Positions 33,586 to 45,717 of a DNA stretch of 64,000 nucleotides are shown here, in pieces. The stretch spans positions 2,852,001-2,916,000 of the forward strand of contig BQFW01000007.1 of assembly GCA_020891255.1 (NCBI GenBank), given 5' to 3'. The translations under genes were made by a program, and so were the position numbers. The notes under the pieces are model-generated. The model made no database searches. It saw only the letters and a list, made by a program, of their open reading frames with translations, and was not told the origin of the DNA. Positions within the stretch are counted from its first letter, which is position 1. Each line of letters begins with the position of its first letter. The DNA comes from Entomortierella parvispora E1425. Its lineage: Eukaryota > Fungi > Mortierellomycota.

Positions 33586-35974
33586 TCACCGCTTTGCCTT
33601 GGACAGTCTCTCCTGTTTGCGTCTCTGGGCCTGCGCCTCCAACTCTGCCTCTCGCTCATCCTCCTGGCGAGCGATGCGCGCACTAAAAGTAAACAAAAAA
33701 CAAAAAAAAACAAGGAGGTCAGATGCGTGTGAGCGGACGTGCTTGCGGTCATTCGTTCCAGGCCAGGACAGGATCGCCTTCCTCACCTTCGTGCTTCTTC
33801 TCTGAACACCTCGTCCGGACGCGCCTCCATGTCATCAGAAAGATCCTCATCCTCTACACGGGCACGGTAACGGGTACCAAAGAGCTGACCAATGATACTC
33901 GATACAGAAAAGTCCTCTTCAAAGGGGCCGCGTCCTCGACCGTTTCCGCGAGGAGAGAGGGGTCGCTTCCGTGATGCTGGTCGAGGTGAGGGTGATCTCC
34001 TTCTAGATGAACCGTTCGTAGGTCTGTCTTTGTTAAGCTTGCCTCCACTGGCAGATCTGGCACGATCACGATCCAGATCTCGGTCCCGTTCCCGTTCCCG
34101 CTCCTTGTCTCGCACACGATCTCTTTCTCTGTCGCGGTCCCGATCTCCAAGATCGCGATTCACTTTCCGCTTCACCAGCGGACTCACACTGCGCCGCCGC
34201 CTTTGACCTGGACTGACGCTGCGTCTGCGCACTTCTGGACTGTAGCTTCTCTTTTTGGCTCGAGGAGGACTGGGGCTTCTTCGCTTGTAGACAGGGCTTC
34301 TACTCCGTTTCCGTGGTCTAATAGGACTCTTGCTCCGACTATCCCGTCCCCTCGCCCGTGGACTCGGGCTGCGGCTCTGACTTGGACTGCGGCTTGCGTT
34401 CCTTCGCTTCGCAGAAGAACTTTTGTCTCTCACAATCTCTTTGTGCAAACGGTCTGTTTCATGGGCATCGTCTCCCATAAGAGCCTTCGAGTATTTGGCG
34501 GCCTGAAGCGCCCTCTCTCGTTGTTGTCGAGCCTTTTCACGCTCCTCCTCGATGGCTTTGATGCGCTCCTCTCTATCCCGTTGGCGATTGCTCTTTTCCT
34601 GAATCTCATTTGTGATTTCCTCGATGGATCTCAGATCTCTCTTTTTGGTGTTGAGGGCGATAGGTCCATCCCGAATGGCTTTCAGTCCAGCGTCCCGAAC
34701 ATGATTGACGCCCGCTCCAGGACTTTTGAAAGTAGTTGGGAAGACACTCTTGGGACCAATGCTGCGTTTCACAGGGGCTAAGGTAGAATGAGATGTGTAA
34801 TGTACCATAGGTTAGGGCTTCAGAATGTGGAATTTCGTGCGAACATAGAGACCTCGGCCTAGACTTTCGGACAAGAGAGCCTTACGTCGTTTCAGAATTT
34901 TGGTTCCACTGAATGATTGCGCAGATGAAAGGGGGCGCTCTGGACTGACGCCGCGACTGACTTTAAGTCTTTCGACCGCAGCCTGTCGACTCGACAACAC
35001 GGATGCGGACGTTGAGGATCGACCGCTGCTTCCTGTCCTGTCACTGTCATAGTGCCCACCTTTCCGATCTCCATTTCGATCTCTGTCTCCATAACGACCT
35101 CTGTCTCTGTCTCTGTCTGCAGATCCATTGGATGATTTCTGTCCAGATCGGTCGTCCCCATTAGGTTGAGCCATTTTCTGCAGAAACTCAAACGAGTATT
35201 CTTGCTTCTTTGGCACAGGCTATTGGAAATATGGGACGAATTTAAATCCGTATTAGCATGGCATATAGGCGTCTGTTTCTTTTTAAATAGAACGTAACAA
35301 AAAATCAATATCATCACAATTCCAAGAATATGGAAATGCCCCTTCTTACCTTTGAAGGGTCCAAGTTCCGAGAGGATGAAGAATACGTGGGTTTGTTGGA
35401 CGATCTCGAATAGGTAGGCGCATTCGAATTGGAAGCCCTCTGCTGCTTCTGTTTCCGGGCTCGATCCAGCATTTCCTTTTCCCGTTCTTCTTCCCGAGCC
35501 CGTTCCCGAGCCATCTCCTTGGCCCTCAATTGGGAAGCAACTTCTCTCTTTCGGAGCTCCTCCTCGTGTTTTTTCCTTTCGAGCTCCTGGCGCAGCACTC
35601 GTTGAATCTCTGCCTCCTTGCGTCGACGGATGGAGTCTTCTTCCTTTTTACGTTGCTGTTCTTCGTATTCCAGTTGGCGTTGCTTCTTTTGCAATTCAAT
35701 CTCGGTCGCTCGCGTGAGCTTTGTCCCGACTTTTCTGAGCTCCTCGAACTAGTTGCGGGAACAGGGTAGGTTATTTTTGGTGGCGTAAAATGAAAAATGA
35801 AGCGGAAGATATGTTAGAAAGAGTAACTAGACGAGGTATACAATCTTCTCGGCATTGCTGGCGACAACCAGATTGAAGCCAAAGGACTCGAGAAGGTATA
35901 GAATGCTATAGAAGCAAGAAGAAATCGACGGTCAAAGACCCCGTCTGGATATGTAGAGCACGCACCTCTCCCAT
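33586..35974 (-). CDS. SPT2: SPT2 chromatin protein (histone chaperone)
   Basis: C-terminal DLSDDMEARPDEVFREEAR|SARIARQEDERE matches the SPT2 motif. It is preceded by RS/RD-rich low complexity and an N-terminal coiled coil. The 5' exons are approximate. Confidence 0.75.
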
Positions 35975-36489
35975 AGCGCGCTTTTGTTTCGATTGATGAA
36001 TGCGACTGGTGATGAGGGATTTCGAGTTGGAAAAGGAGAGGAAAAGTAAGGATGATAGGGGAGGGAAGGGTATATGCTTAATTCAGGGTAGGGACGTGGT
36101 CCGTGATGGCGGCAGGGGGTTGGAGCGGAGTGGAAGACGAAGGATGGATGGGGATTGGGCGCACACTCCTTGGCCGCCTCCATCATGGTTATTTTAACTC
36201 TTCTTTTCTGAGAACTGATGACGTCACTGTCACGTGCGATGCGCCACCAACCTTGATTTTGATCCAGGCTGTCCTGTCTCTTGGCGTCAAAGAAAGACCC
36301 GCCAACGGGACAATCCACACCCGCTGTCTCTCTTCCTCTCTTCCTCTCTTCCTCTCTTCTCTCTTCTCTCTTCTCCCCTCAGCCCACCCTCTCTGTCCGT
36401 CACTCCCCCACCTTTTGTTTCTCTGGCCTCTCTCCCTCTCTCTCTCTTAGCACCCCATTTTCCTCCTCTCTAAACTCCACACGTCCGCC

Positions 36490-37123
36490 ATGGTAACACT
36501 CACCTTTGACCCGCAAACTCAAAAGAGCAATATCCAGCAACCCTGACCAAAAAACTTCAACGCGCGCCTACTTCTTTCAACTGTTCTACTCCTTCTCTTG
36601 TACCCCTTCATCCCTCATTCACCACCTCTAGAACTCGCCAACGAGCACAGCTCGCCCCATTATCATTGCCCTGGTCGTTGTCCTCCTCCTCGGCCTCATC
36701 TTTTCTTGTCTCCGTCGCCGACGTATGCTCCTGTTGCAACAGCAACAGCTTCTGCAAAATCAGGCGACAGAACTCTCTGCCGATAATCTTCAAAGCGTCT
36801 ATGTCTATCACTATCCACCCCCTCCTGGGAACCCGTTGGCGTTACCACCCCAGGCAGTAGGATCCCCTGCCGCTACCGGCTATGGTTACTACACACCTCC
36901 AGCATCAGCTCCTCCTCGTTTGTCTGGAACTTACAACGCGGGATACCCTCCCATGTCTCCAGCAGGAGGAGCGCAGTATATCCCTGCTCAAGATGGCTCT
37001 GCAGGACTGGCGGGTGCGCAAAATACAACCTCCACAACGACGACGACGACGGTCATAGTACCTGCCGGAGATCAGGATAATACCGCACCTCCTCCACCCT
37101 ATTCACCCACTGTCCCGAAATAA
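36490..37123 (+). CDS. Small single-pass membrane protein with PY motif (Rcr1/CYYR1-like architecture)
   Basis: First exon is ATG only (36490-36492, followed by gtaaca); exon 2 is 36632-37123, in frame. The protein reads M|NSPTSTARPIIIALVVVLLLGLIFSCLRRRR, then a Pro/Tyr-rich tail ending PPPPYSPTVPK. Confidence 0.75.
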
Positions 37124-37733
37124 ATAATCCGGTTCCACCTTGAAAGATCCCTCTTGTTCGCAGAAAGGAAACAAACATGTTTTTTCTTTTTTTTCTTTTT
37201 TTTTTTTTTTGTTTTTTTTTGCTCTCATCCCATCCTAAATGTCGTGGGGCAACTTGTTGTTGATGCCTTGACGCACGAGCCAAGTTGTTTGAAGCCATAT
37301 CGGGCCGACAAAGTTTACGAAAAAACAATACATGCGGCGTTCGTGGGAAGAGTACATGTCCCCACGCTCCGGAAGGAATGTTGTCCACGTTTTTTTTTGT
37401 CAACTGGTTACAGACTGTGATAAATAATAGATTTTCATTTACACCTGAGTGAGATTCAAAGTAGAGAGAAAGACACAAAAGAGAAAAGGAGACAAGGGAG
37501 AGGAGTGTGTGGGCGCAAGAGAGAGAGAGAGAGAGAGCGGTGAGGATCTATGTTATGTACAGCCTACGTCGGGGTTTTTTTTCGGTCGTCACCTGTGGCC
37601 CCCCAAGTGAAAGATAAAAGACTGGGATATTGCAAAAAAAAAAAGGGAAAACGGCTATGAAAAGGACTCGAGAAGAATGAAAGATATCGATTCATCTCTT
37701 TTTTTGTGGTTTTTTTTCTTCTTTGTTCTCCAG

Positions 37734-39608
37734 CTAACAAACGAGTCCCTCCAACATGTCTGATCCATCTGCAATGAAAAACGTCTCCACATCGCCCTGA
37801 CCACGTTCGAAATCAAAGGCCATGACCAAAAGTGGTGTCGGGTTCTCGAATCGCGCATCCTTGTCCTCAAAGACCTGGACCACAGACAAGTTGGTCAATG
37901 CAATATCAATCTCGCCCCATGTCGTCAAGTTCCGGATCCCGTTCAGGAACGCGCCAAAGAACTGGTTCACAAACTCGAAATTGTACACAAACTTGTTGTC
38001 GACACAGGCCGCCTGCTTCAACTCCTTGCCTTCCAAGACCTTGGTCCCGAATGAATAGATTGAGGTCGTACATTCAACCAATCGACGCTCGTTCGAATCA
38101 AACAACGAGGTATTGCCAAAGACACCATTCAGGTTCAGGTTCAAGTCAAGTTTGATCTTGAAGAACAAGAATGTGCACATTGTCTTTTGATACAAGTCAT
38201 AGAGCGATGGGAATTTTTCTTGTGGCAATTGGTGAACATTGATACTGCCAAAAGACTGGTGACCCAGGTCTTTTGACCGTGCCAGAGAATGCATCTGGGG
38301 GATGGTTGGCATCAATTCGGCAATGTACTCGGTATAAAGACCAAATACACTTGGCCAGAATGGATAAGACATCTCGCTCGCCAGATCGCTCATACCAGAA
38401 TCTTCCCGTCCAAACGTACTACTTCTACTGGCGCCAGGAACCGTGGTCTCGGACGTTCCATCTTCGGACCCTGAGGTTGTCAGTGTTGTGGGACTACTCT
38501 TCCAAGTGTCCGTAGACAGAGACACGGCAGAGTCGGGGTGTTTGTGATGGCCATGGTGGTTGTGATGGTACCCAGATAGTGTCGTGGGCAGCTTGTCGAG
38601 TTGTTTCCTGAACGGCTCCGAGAGATTCATCGTGTCTGGGAGGATCGACGACATGCTCGACATACTCTGAGTGTGTCGATGTCTCTTTCTTGGCGCACTC
38701 GGTGAAGACTGAACTCTGACAAGCGGTGCAGGTGGTTGGGATGGTGGCTGGGAGGACAACGACATGCGTCTTTGCTGCTGTTGTTGTTTTTGTTCTTGTT
38801 GTAATTGCAAGTGGAAGCCCATCGAGGGCATGACCGCGATCGAGTTACGGCGATGCTCGGGCATTGGTGGCCGTGGGCCCATAGGTGATGTTGGGGACGA
38901 GGGCGGGGAGGCCTGCCTACTTTCAGAAGCAGAAAAGTAGCCAGAGGGGATATCTAAAGCCAGATCGTCTTCGCCTTCTCCGCCATCCATCAGCAACTTC
39001 ATAACTAGATGCGGTATTTTATAAGAAAGCGCGGTAAGGAGTCACGGACATGGTAGGGGAGAGATTGCCCAAGCAGAAACATGGAAGCAAGAAACGGGAG
39101 AGGGGAGATCACTTACAGGCAGTATCGCTCTTTCGGGTGTTCTTGAGCACCTGGATGTGCGAAGACACCTGCTTCCGGGTTCGGATCTTTCCTGTCCGCT
39201 TGTAGATATAGTCTGCAATAAGCTCATTCCTTCCACAGGGCTTCCCGTCTACGAGCACCTTTCGACGGCCGAGTTTTGGGATAACCTCAAGAGCTAATAG
39301 AGGGAGAATAGAAGGGTTTTTTTTCGAAAAGGTGTGGTGCAGGTGTGGTGTAGAAGTGGTTGCGCAAGGGAGGCGGGAAGAGTGAGAAAAGGGTTGTTGG
39401 TATCTCCACTAGTCTTTATCCAAACACGACTTTGTGCGACAAACAAAGACAAGAGACAAGACGCGGTCCTTTTCCTTACCTTCGTTAAAGATCTTTTCCA
39501 CATCCAGTGGCCACACCTAAGAAAAGAAATACAGAAAAAATGCCAGGGGGAAGGAGAGAAAAGAAGGGGGGATGGTCATTTTATCCCTTTGGTCATTAGT
39601 AAACCATG

Positions 39609-39650
<42 letters not shown>

Positions 39651-41046
39651 AATGTGCGCCGAACAAAGGGGTGTGCAAAGGCAAGACCCCTCCCTTGCCC
39701 AAAGAAAGATCCCTGTCATCTGTGCAGTAGAATCAATGGGTACTCACCTCTTCCCTGTCGTTCTTGGCCAACTTGTCTTTGGTGAGTCGGCGCCTCAGTC
39801 CAGCTTGTGGGCGTTGGCCTCCGGAATGAACTCCGAAGCCACATGACATACTTGAGGAATCTTGCGACGAAGATGAAGGCGAAGAGAGATGGGGATCCAA
39901 GAGGCCTCCAGCGCCATGTTGCAGTGTGCAGGTTGAGCCAGAGTGGCTAAGTGTGCTGGGGCTGGAGGAAAGGTCGTGGTGGTCCACAGAGTGAACTGGG
40001 GACATGTTGATCATGTCTGTTGAGCTCTTGCTGCCGTTCAACATGCCCTGCATCTGAGTCGCGACGAGGCCGACAGAGGGCATATGTCCGTGTTGAATCT
40101 GGTGTCGATGCTGCTGTTGCAGGAATTGGCCGTAGCTGGTGTGAGTCAAGTCCAAGGACCCAGTTTTGTGATGGTGGTGATGTTGGTGAGATGAATGGAG
40201 AAGGGGCGAAACATAAGGGGGAGGGGTGTGGTGCTGATGGGTGACCAAGGGCGGCTGCTGAGCCTGTCGACTCACGCTGTGGCGCTTTGTTGGCTTCTTT
40301 TCAGAAGCGCGATCCTTGCTGGATGTCGTCGAAGCAGCCTTCTTTTGGCCGTTGCTGGTGCCTGGGACCAAGAATGGGGAAGTTTTGCTATCAATAATCT
40401 CCATTGAGACAGCTCCATCGCTGGTTTCGCCTTGCGAGTCCAGACCGAACGAGGTGACTGCAGAGAGAAGTTCATGGTCCGATTGTTCGTGGCCCTGGTT
40501 CTGATCCATGATTTGGGTTGATGAAAATGGCCCGTTACTATCAGAGTGGCCTAATGTATCAATTGGGCTGAGAATTGCACTGAAGAGCTGGCGGTTGAAC
40601 GGATCGCTTTCGCATCCAGACAGATCGAGCGGGGACGGCGTCAAGTATGAAGAGTCTGCCGTGTCGAACGGGTGGAGGAGTTGCTGATCATGAAGGGGGA
40701 TGCCATTATCAGAGTACATGTGTGTGAACAAATCTTTAGAGGACAAATCCATTGGGGAGGATTGCTGGGATGAGGAAGAGAAGTTGGTGTGGTCGCTCAG
40801 GGCACCAATGTCTAGCTCAAGGTCCAAGGCCTCTGCGTTGCTGAAGACAAAGCTGGTCGGTGTAATGGAGCCAGGATGTTGTGGTTGAAGGGAAGGCGAA
40901 GGTAAAGATGCATGATGGGCTTTAGGGGTGGCTGTGCTGGGAGAGGATGGTGGGGAGGCCTGATGACATTGGAGAAGGTCCTCTGCCAGAGAAGCAAGTG
41001 GATCGGGCAAGTCGTCGCCGCGTTGAGAAAGTGGTTGATAGTCCAT
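37734..41046 (-). CDS. TEA/ATTS-domain transcription factor (Tec1/AbaA/TEAD family)
   Basis: The TEA domain is split over small exons: [12 protein letters not shown]|[51 protein letters not shown] (about 39516-39140). The C-terminal region resembles the TEAD YAP-binding domain. Confidence 0.9.
39615..39647. repeat. (GT)n microsatellite in a TEA gene intron
   Basis: Direct reading. Confidence 0.9.
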
Positions 41047-44000
41047 TTTTTTTTCTCTAGGAGGCTGTGCGGCAAGGTCTGAACAAGTGAACGATGAGAG
41101 CCCTGATGGTGGATCGGTATGGTGGTCGGTCGGTTACCAGGATGGGAGCGCGTAGGGGGAGAGGGTGTGGGCTGGAAAGGAGGGAGTTATATGAAACTGT
41201 TTAGAGCCAGGGCTGGATTGGTAAAGAAGACTGACTGGGCAAGATCAGCAAGTGGTTGGGGTGAACGGGAGCGAGGAGGAAGAGGAAAGAGTAGAGAAAG
41301 GTAGAAAAGAATCAAAACCGATGATGAGCAAGCTGAGCTGGGGAAAGGGGGAGCAAAGTACCAGACCAGTACGTGGGCGGTGGGGGTTCCTCGTCTCGAT
41401 CGCAATGTGGGATGGACAAGGTTGGACAAGGTGGTCGAGGATAAGGACGACCAGCTGCTGTTAGGAAGAGTTGTTTAGTGGAAGCAGTGATCACAAAGAG
41501 AAGAAGGAAGAGGACAGAAAACAGAAAGAGGGAGCAAAGGAAAAGAAGGAAAGAAGGGACAGCAGCAAGGGAAAGGAAGCCAGGACAGCACGAGCGACGC
41601 CAATTCAGTCCACGACTGGGGGAAAGGGTGGGGGAGTTAGAGGAGGGGTGAATGAATGAAGAAGGAAAGCAATACAAAAAAATAAAAAAAAAATGGACGA
41701 GAGGAACGAACGAGCAAAATGAGCTGTCTGTGTTTGTGTGCGTGTTGTGCGTGTGTGTGAGAGAGAGGAAGAGAGGAAGAGAGAGAGGGAAAAGAAAGAG
41801 AAAAGAGAGCGACTCTGAAGGGGAGAGAGGGGGTGCGCGGATAGAGGGAAGGAGGAGGAAGAGGAGGAAGAAGAGGAGAAGGAGGAGGGGGGAGAGAGGG
41901 TCGAACCTTGAGGAGGATTGAGGGGGGGTCGAGGGGAGGGGAAGAACGAAGGGCTCTCTCGAGGTGACGACGAAAGAAGCGAAGGGGAGACAGAAGGGGG
42001 GACGGAAGGACGATGGACGATGGACGATGGCCGGATGGAAGGATGGTTGGGTTGGTGGAGAGGGGCAGAGAGAGAGAGAAACGGATGCGTGAGTGAGTCT
42101 TTGTGAATGAATTGACGAATGAATATGAATACTGGACGGCTACGACTGTGCCGTGGCCCAAGGACCACGATCTTCTTCCCTCGTTCCAGATTTCCACTTT
42201 CTCTTTCTGAAGGATGCACACAGCTGCAGGACTGGAGCGGGGGAGGGAATCGCCAAAAGGAAAGGAAAGGGAAGGGAAAGGGTTCTTTGATCTTGAATAG
42301 AAATTTCTACCATGGAGGAACAGTTGCAGACAGATGAAGTTCGGCGGGGACGGTGGATATGATGATATTATAGCCCAAGGGGATCAGGGTGCATGGGTTA
42401 TAACTTGAATCCAAGAAAGAGAACCATGGCGCCCATGGCCCATTAAGTCTATGGAGTGAATACGGAGGCCAATTGAGTCGTAAATGCAGCGTGGGGTCTG
42501 CGAGCTATTGTCGCAGTGCAATGTGGTCCTGGGACAGGCAGATCAGAGGTTGAGGAGGGCAAAGTAGATACGGGCAACGTCGGTGCAACCATCGCATGGC
42601 ATCGATGACCATTTTTTTGTTCCCTTCCAGCCCGCGATGAAGAAGACGGATGAGCTCAAATGAGGAGCAGCGCGCACATGCGACCCTCTATCGCTATCAA
42701 TCTTTTCTCACTCATCTCTGGGGTTGCCTTTTTTTTTTGCCGCAACTATACTGTGGACACGGATGCACTCCTCTGCAAGCGAGCTGTCCCGCACCCAGGA
42801 CAGAACAAAGCCATGCCATCAGTAAAAAAGGGGCAGGAAGAGATGATGTCCGAGGACAACAAAACACCAAGACCATTCAGACTCTACTCGACTCTGTTGC
42901 CATCCGTGATTTCCTTCACCATGCAGCTCTCTTTATTTATTGTTGCTCAAGAGTAAGACGCGTTGTTCTATGCACGAGCAATGTTGCCCTTTTGTACATT
43001 GTACTTGAGCCTGTACAAAGTGGATCTTGTGTATGCCGAGCGAAACATGCAGCAGGTAACAGACACATTTCGAATGTATCGAGCACAGTTTTGTCGTATT
43101 TGTTTGCATGGAACGGAACAGCCAAGCAGCAGCCCACAGCTGCAATCAGGCACAACATCATAATCGCCGACTCACAGGGGCAACAGACGGCGAAAGGACA
43201 GACATGCGAAAAGAAAAACAAAACAAAGAAGGTTAGAGAGAAAAAAAATGAGGTAAAGGACAACAGGAGAGTCCAATGGTCCACACCAAGACCATTTTGT
43301 GTGTCTTTTGCTCTGGTCAGCGCTCACAGGAGATGCCACGGGCAAAGAAGGAAAAAAAGAAAAGGAAAGAAAAGAGGGGGTTAGAAAGCAACGACCAAAC
43401 GAGAGACAGTCCTTCTCCTTTTCTACAAAAAAGAAAGGTTGTTTTTGTGTCTGTGTGTGGTTCAACTTCAGTCGCTCTCCTTTGTCGGAATGCATTGGAA
43501 TTTTTCTTGGTGCTCGGATGCAGTGAAAAATAAAGGAAGCCGATAGTGAATAGGGACAACATAGGGTCACCCATCTTGCGCCTCTCGCCCCAACCCGTCA
43601 GTCTTGCTGTCATCACTTTCTTGCCTGCTGGTCTGGGATGAGAGAGGGAAAGAAGGGAGGTCAACGGTGTGTGTGGTGTGTTGTGGGTGGTTGTTGCGAT
43701 CTGGGCAAGGGACATTATTATGAAGTGGCAAAAACTCTCAAGTGGCTTCCCCTACCCCTCCCCCCTCCCTCCCTCCCTACCTCCCTTCTTCCCTCTCTTC
43801 TTCCCTCCCTTTCTCTCACCCAGTCTCGCCACAATGGCGTTCGCATGAATGGGTAAAGAGCGGGAAAGAAACGTCAGAACTCAACTGACGCGCTCGACTC
43901 TTTCTTCGACCATTATTGGTTTGTCCCTGGCAAGCTGCTCATTTTCCTTCATCCCTTCTTTTCTTTCTCTCCCATCATCCCGCGTCCGAACGTGGTTATT

Positions 44001-44343
44001 TCAATACCGCCCGTCTGCGGTTAACAACTTCATTGATGACCCCCCCCCCCCCGTTGTTCGATCATCCAATATCCTGTAACGCAATTCAACCCTCGGCGAC
44101 GTTCCAAAGGAGGGGCAGTGTCACAACGCGTCTCTTTTAGGAGCTGGTCACTCGGTTCGGCATTGGCCAATGGATGAGCTTTATTCATATCTTGCTCCTT
44201 CTGGCTCGAGGACCACGTTGTTGCTTGGAATGACCCTTTCCTTATTGTTTTGTTGGCGAACACTGCAGATGCCCAGGGCACAAAACACATAAAAAACACA
44301 GTAAGCGATCAATTTATTATATGTGCATTCTAAACAACCGCCC

Positions 44344-45272
44344 CTACTCGTCCACGGCATCCTCGACCATGGGTCTGCGTTGCTTGACTTTTTCCGCAGC
44401 CTCATCCGAGATGGCTTGAGTGTGAACCTCCTCCTGAGCAGTCTCGCCTTGGGAAGCAAGTTGCTTCTTGGCCTTCTTTGTCTCTTTGGGCTCCTCGGGC
44501 TCGTGCCATCCCCAGAAAGGAATAAAGGAATCGACGAATCCCACGTCCTCAAACAAGTTGGGGAAGATCCAGATACCGGGCTTGAGCACAACCCAGGTGA
44601 TCATGAACAAGATCAAGCGCACAATAGCCATGGCGAAGAACAGACCCAACAGAATCAGCACACCGACAGAAAGGTACCAGACGCCGAGTCGGAGAGGTAC
44701 GGGCCAAAGAGGGAACATTACACCAGCCAAAACAATAAACAAAAGTCCTCCAGCCATAAGGTGTGTCCGGAGCTGAGATCCCTCGTACCTCCAGACGAAA
44801 ACGCCATCCTCTCCGAATGACTGGTACTGAACCAACGACAACATGTTCTTTGGCATATCAGGGTCCGATGGTCTCTCGACCTTGAGGAAGAACTGATGGG
44901 GGATCATGGATCCCAAGAGCTGTGCGGCCGATTCCCTAGTCAACTCGCCCAACTCTTTGCCCACTGCTGTTTGACGGAACTCTGGTTTGAGGAGCGAGTT
45001 GACCGCACCCTTGCCTAAAGAGAGGGAAATAGGAGAAATGAAGAACTGGGTCAAAAAAAATGTTGCAGCGACATGTAGTATGCTCTACAGGCTGGTTGTC
45101 CACGAATGGCGCGAGGGCCTGCTTCCAGAATCGTTTTGTTACCTCGAAAGTAGATGACACGCGAGTCGTTGAAGACTCCATCACGCTTTTTGAGACCCGA
45201 TTGAGGGCTCAGGAGGTAATCTGCTACCTGGCAGAGGTTCTTAGGGCGCTGTGGTGGTGCGTTGGCATCCAT
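44344..45272 (-). CDS. SEC62: ER translocation protein Sec62
   Basis: Two TM helices; MFPLWP; PGIWIFPNLFEDVGFVDSFIPFWGW; one intron. Confidence 0.93.
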
Positions 45273-45717
45273 GGTTGAATATGAGTTGATGATGGGGCTG
45301 GCGCGTGATTGTCTGACTGTGCTGGTGGGTCCTGATCAGGTCCTGGATGGAGTTGTTTGCTAGGCTTGACTGTCCTGGGGTGTTGGTGTGCTTGCTTGCT
45401 TGCTTGGGTACGCGGGCGAAAGAGAACAAGAGAGGCAGAGAGACGGAGGGAGGAGGGAACAAGGGCGATGAGAGAGAGAAGAAAAAGAACGAAAACAAGA
45501 TGAAGGGATACTGCTCATGGCACGCAAGAAGGAGAAAAGGGCAGAGGGCCACAGCCGACCAATCGCACGCCGCCATTGCACCACAGCACCACGGCGGTGG
45601 CGCGTCTCTCTCTGCTCTGGCATCTGCAGTGCACCCCTTCGCTTGAGGGGCACACACCGCGAATTTCTCTTTTTGGTGGCATTGCTTGGTTGGTTGGTTT
45701 CTGTCTGCAATGCATTC

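Noticed and set aside
41047-44343. TEA autoregulatory CATTCC/CATTCY sites upstream of the TEA gene
   Set aside because: I found only one perfect site (about 43487), so there is no enrichment.
45517-45717. Upstream extension of the RFWD3 ORF
   Set aside because: It overlaps the shared SEC62/RFWD3 promoter and is low-information; ATG 45718 or 45745 is a more plausible start.
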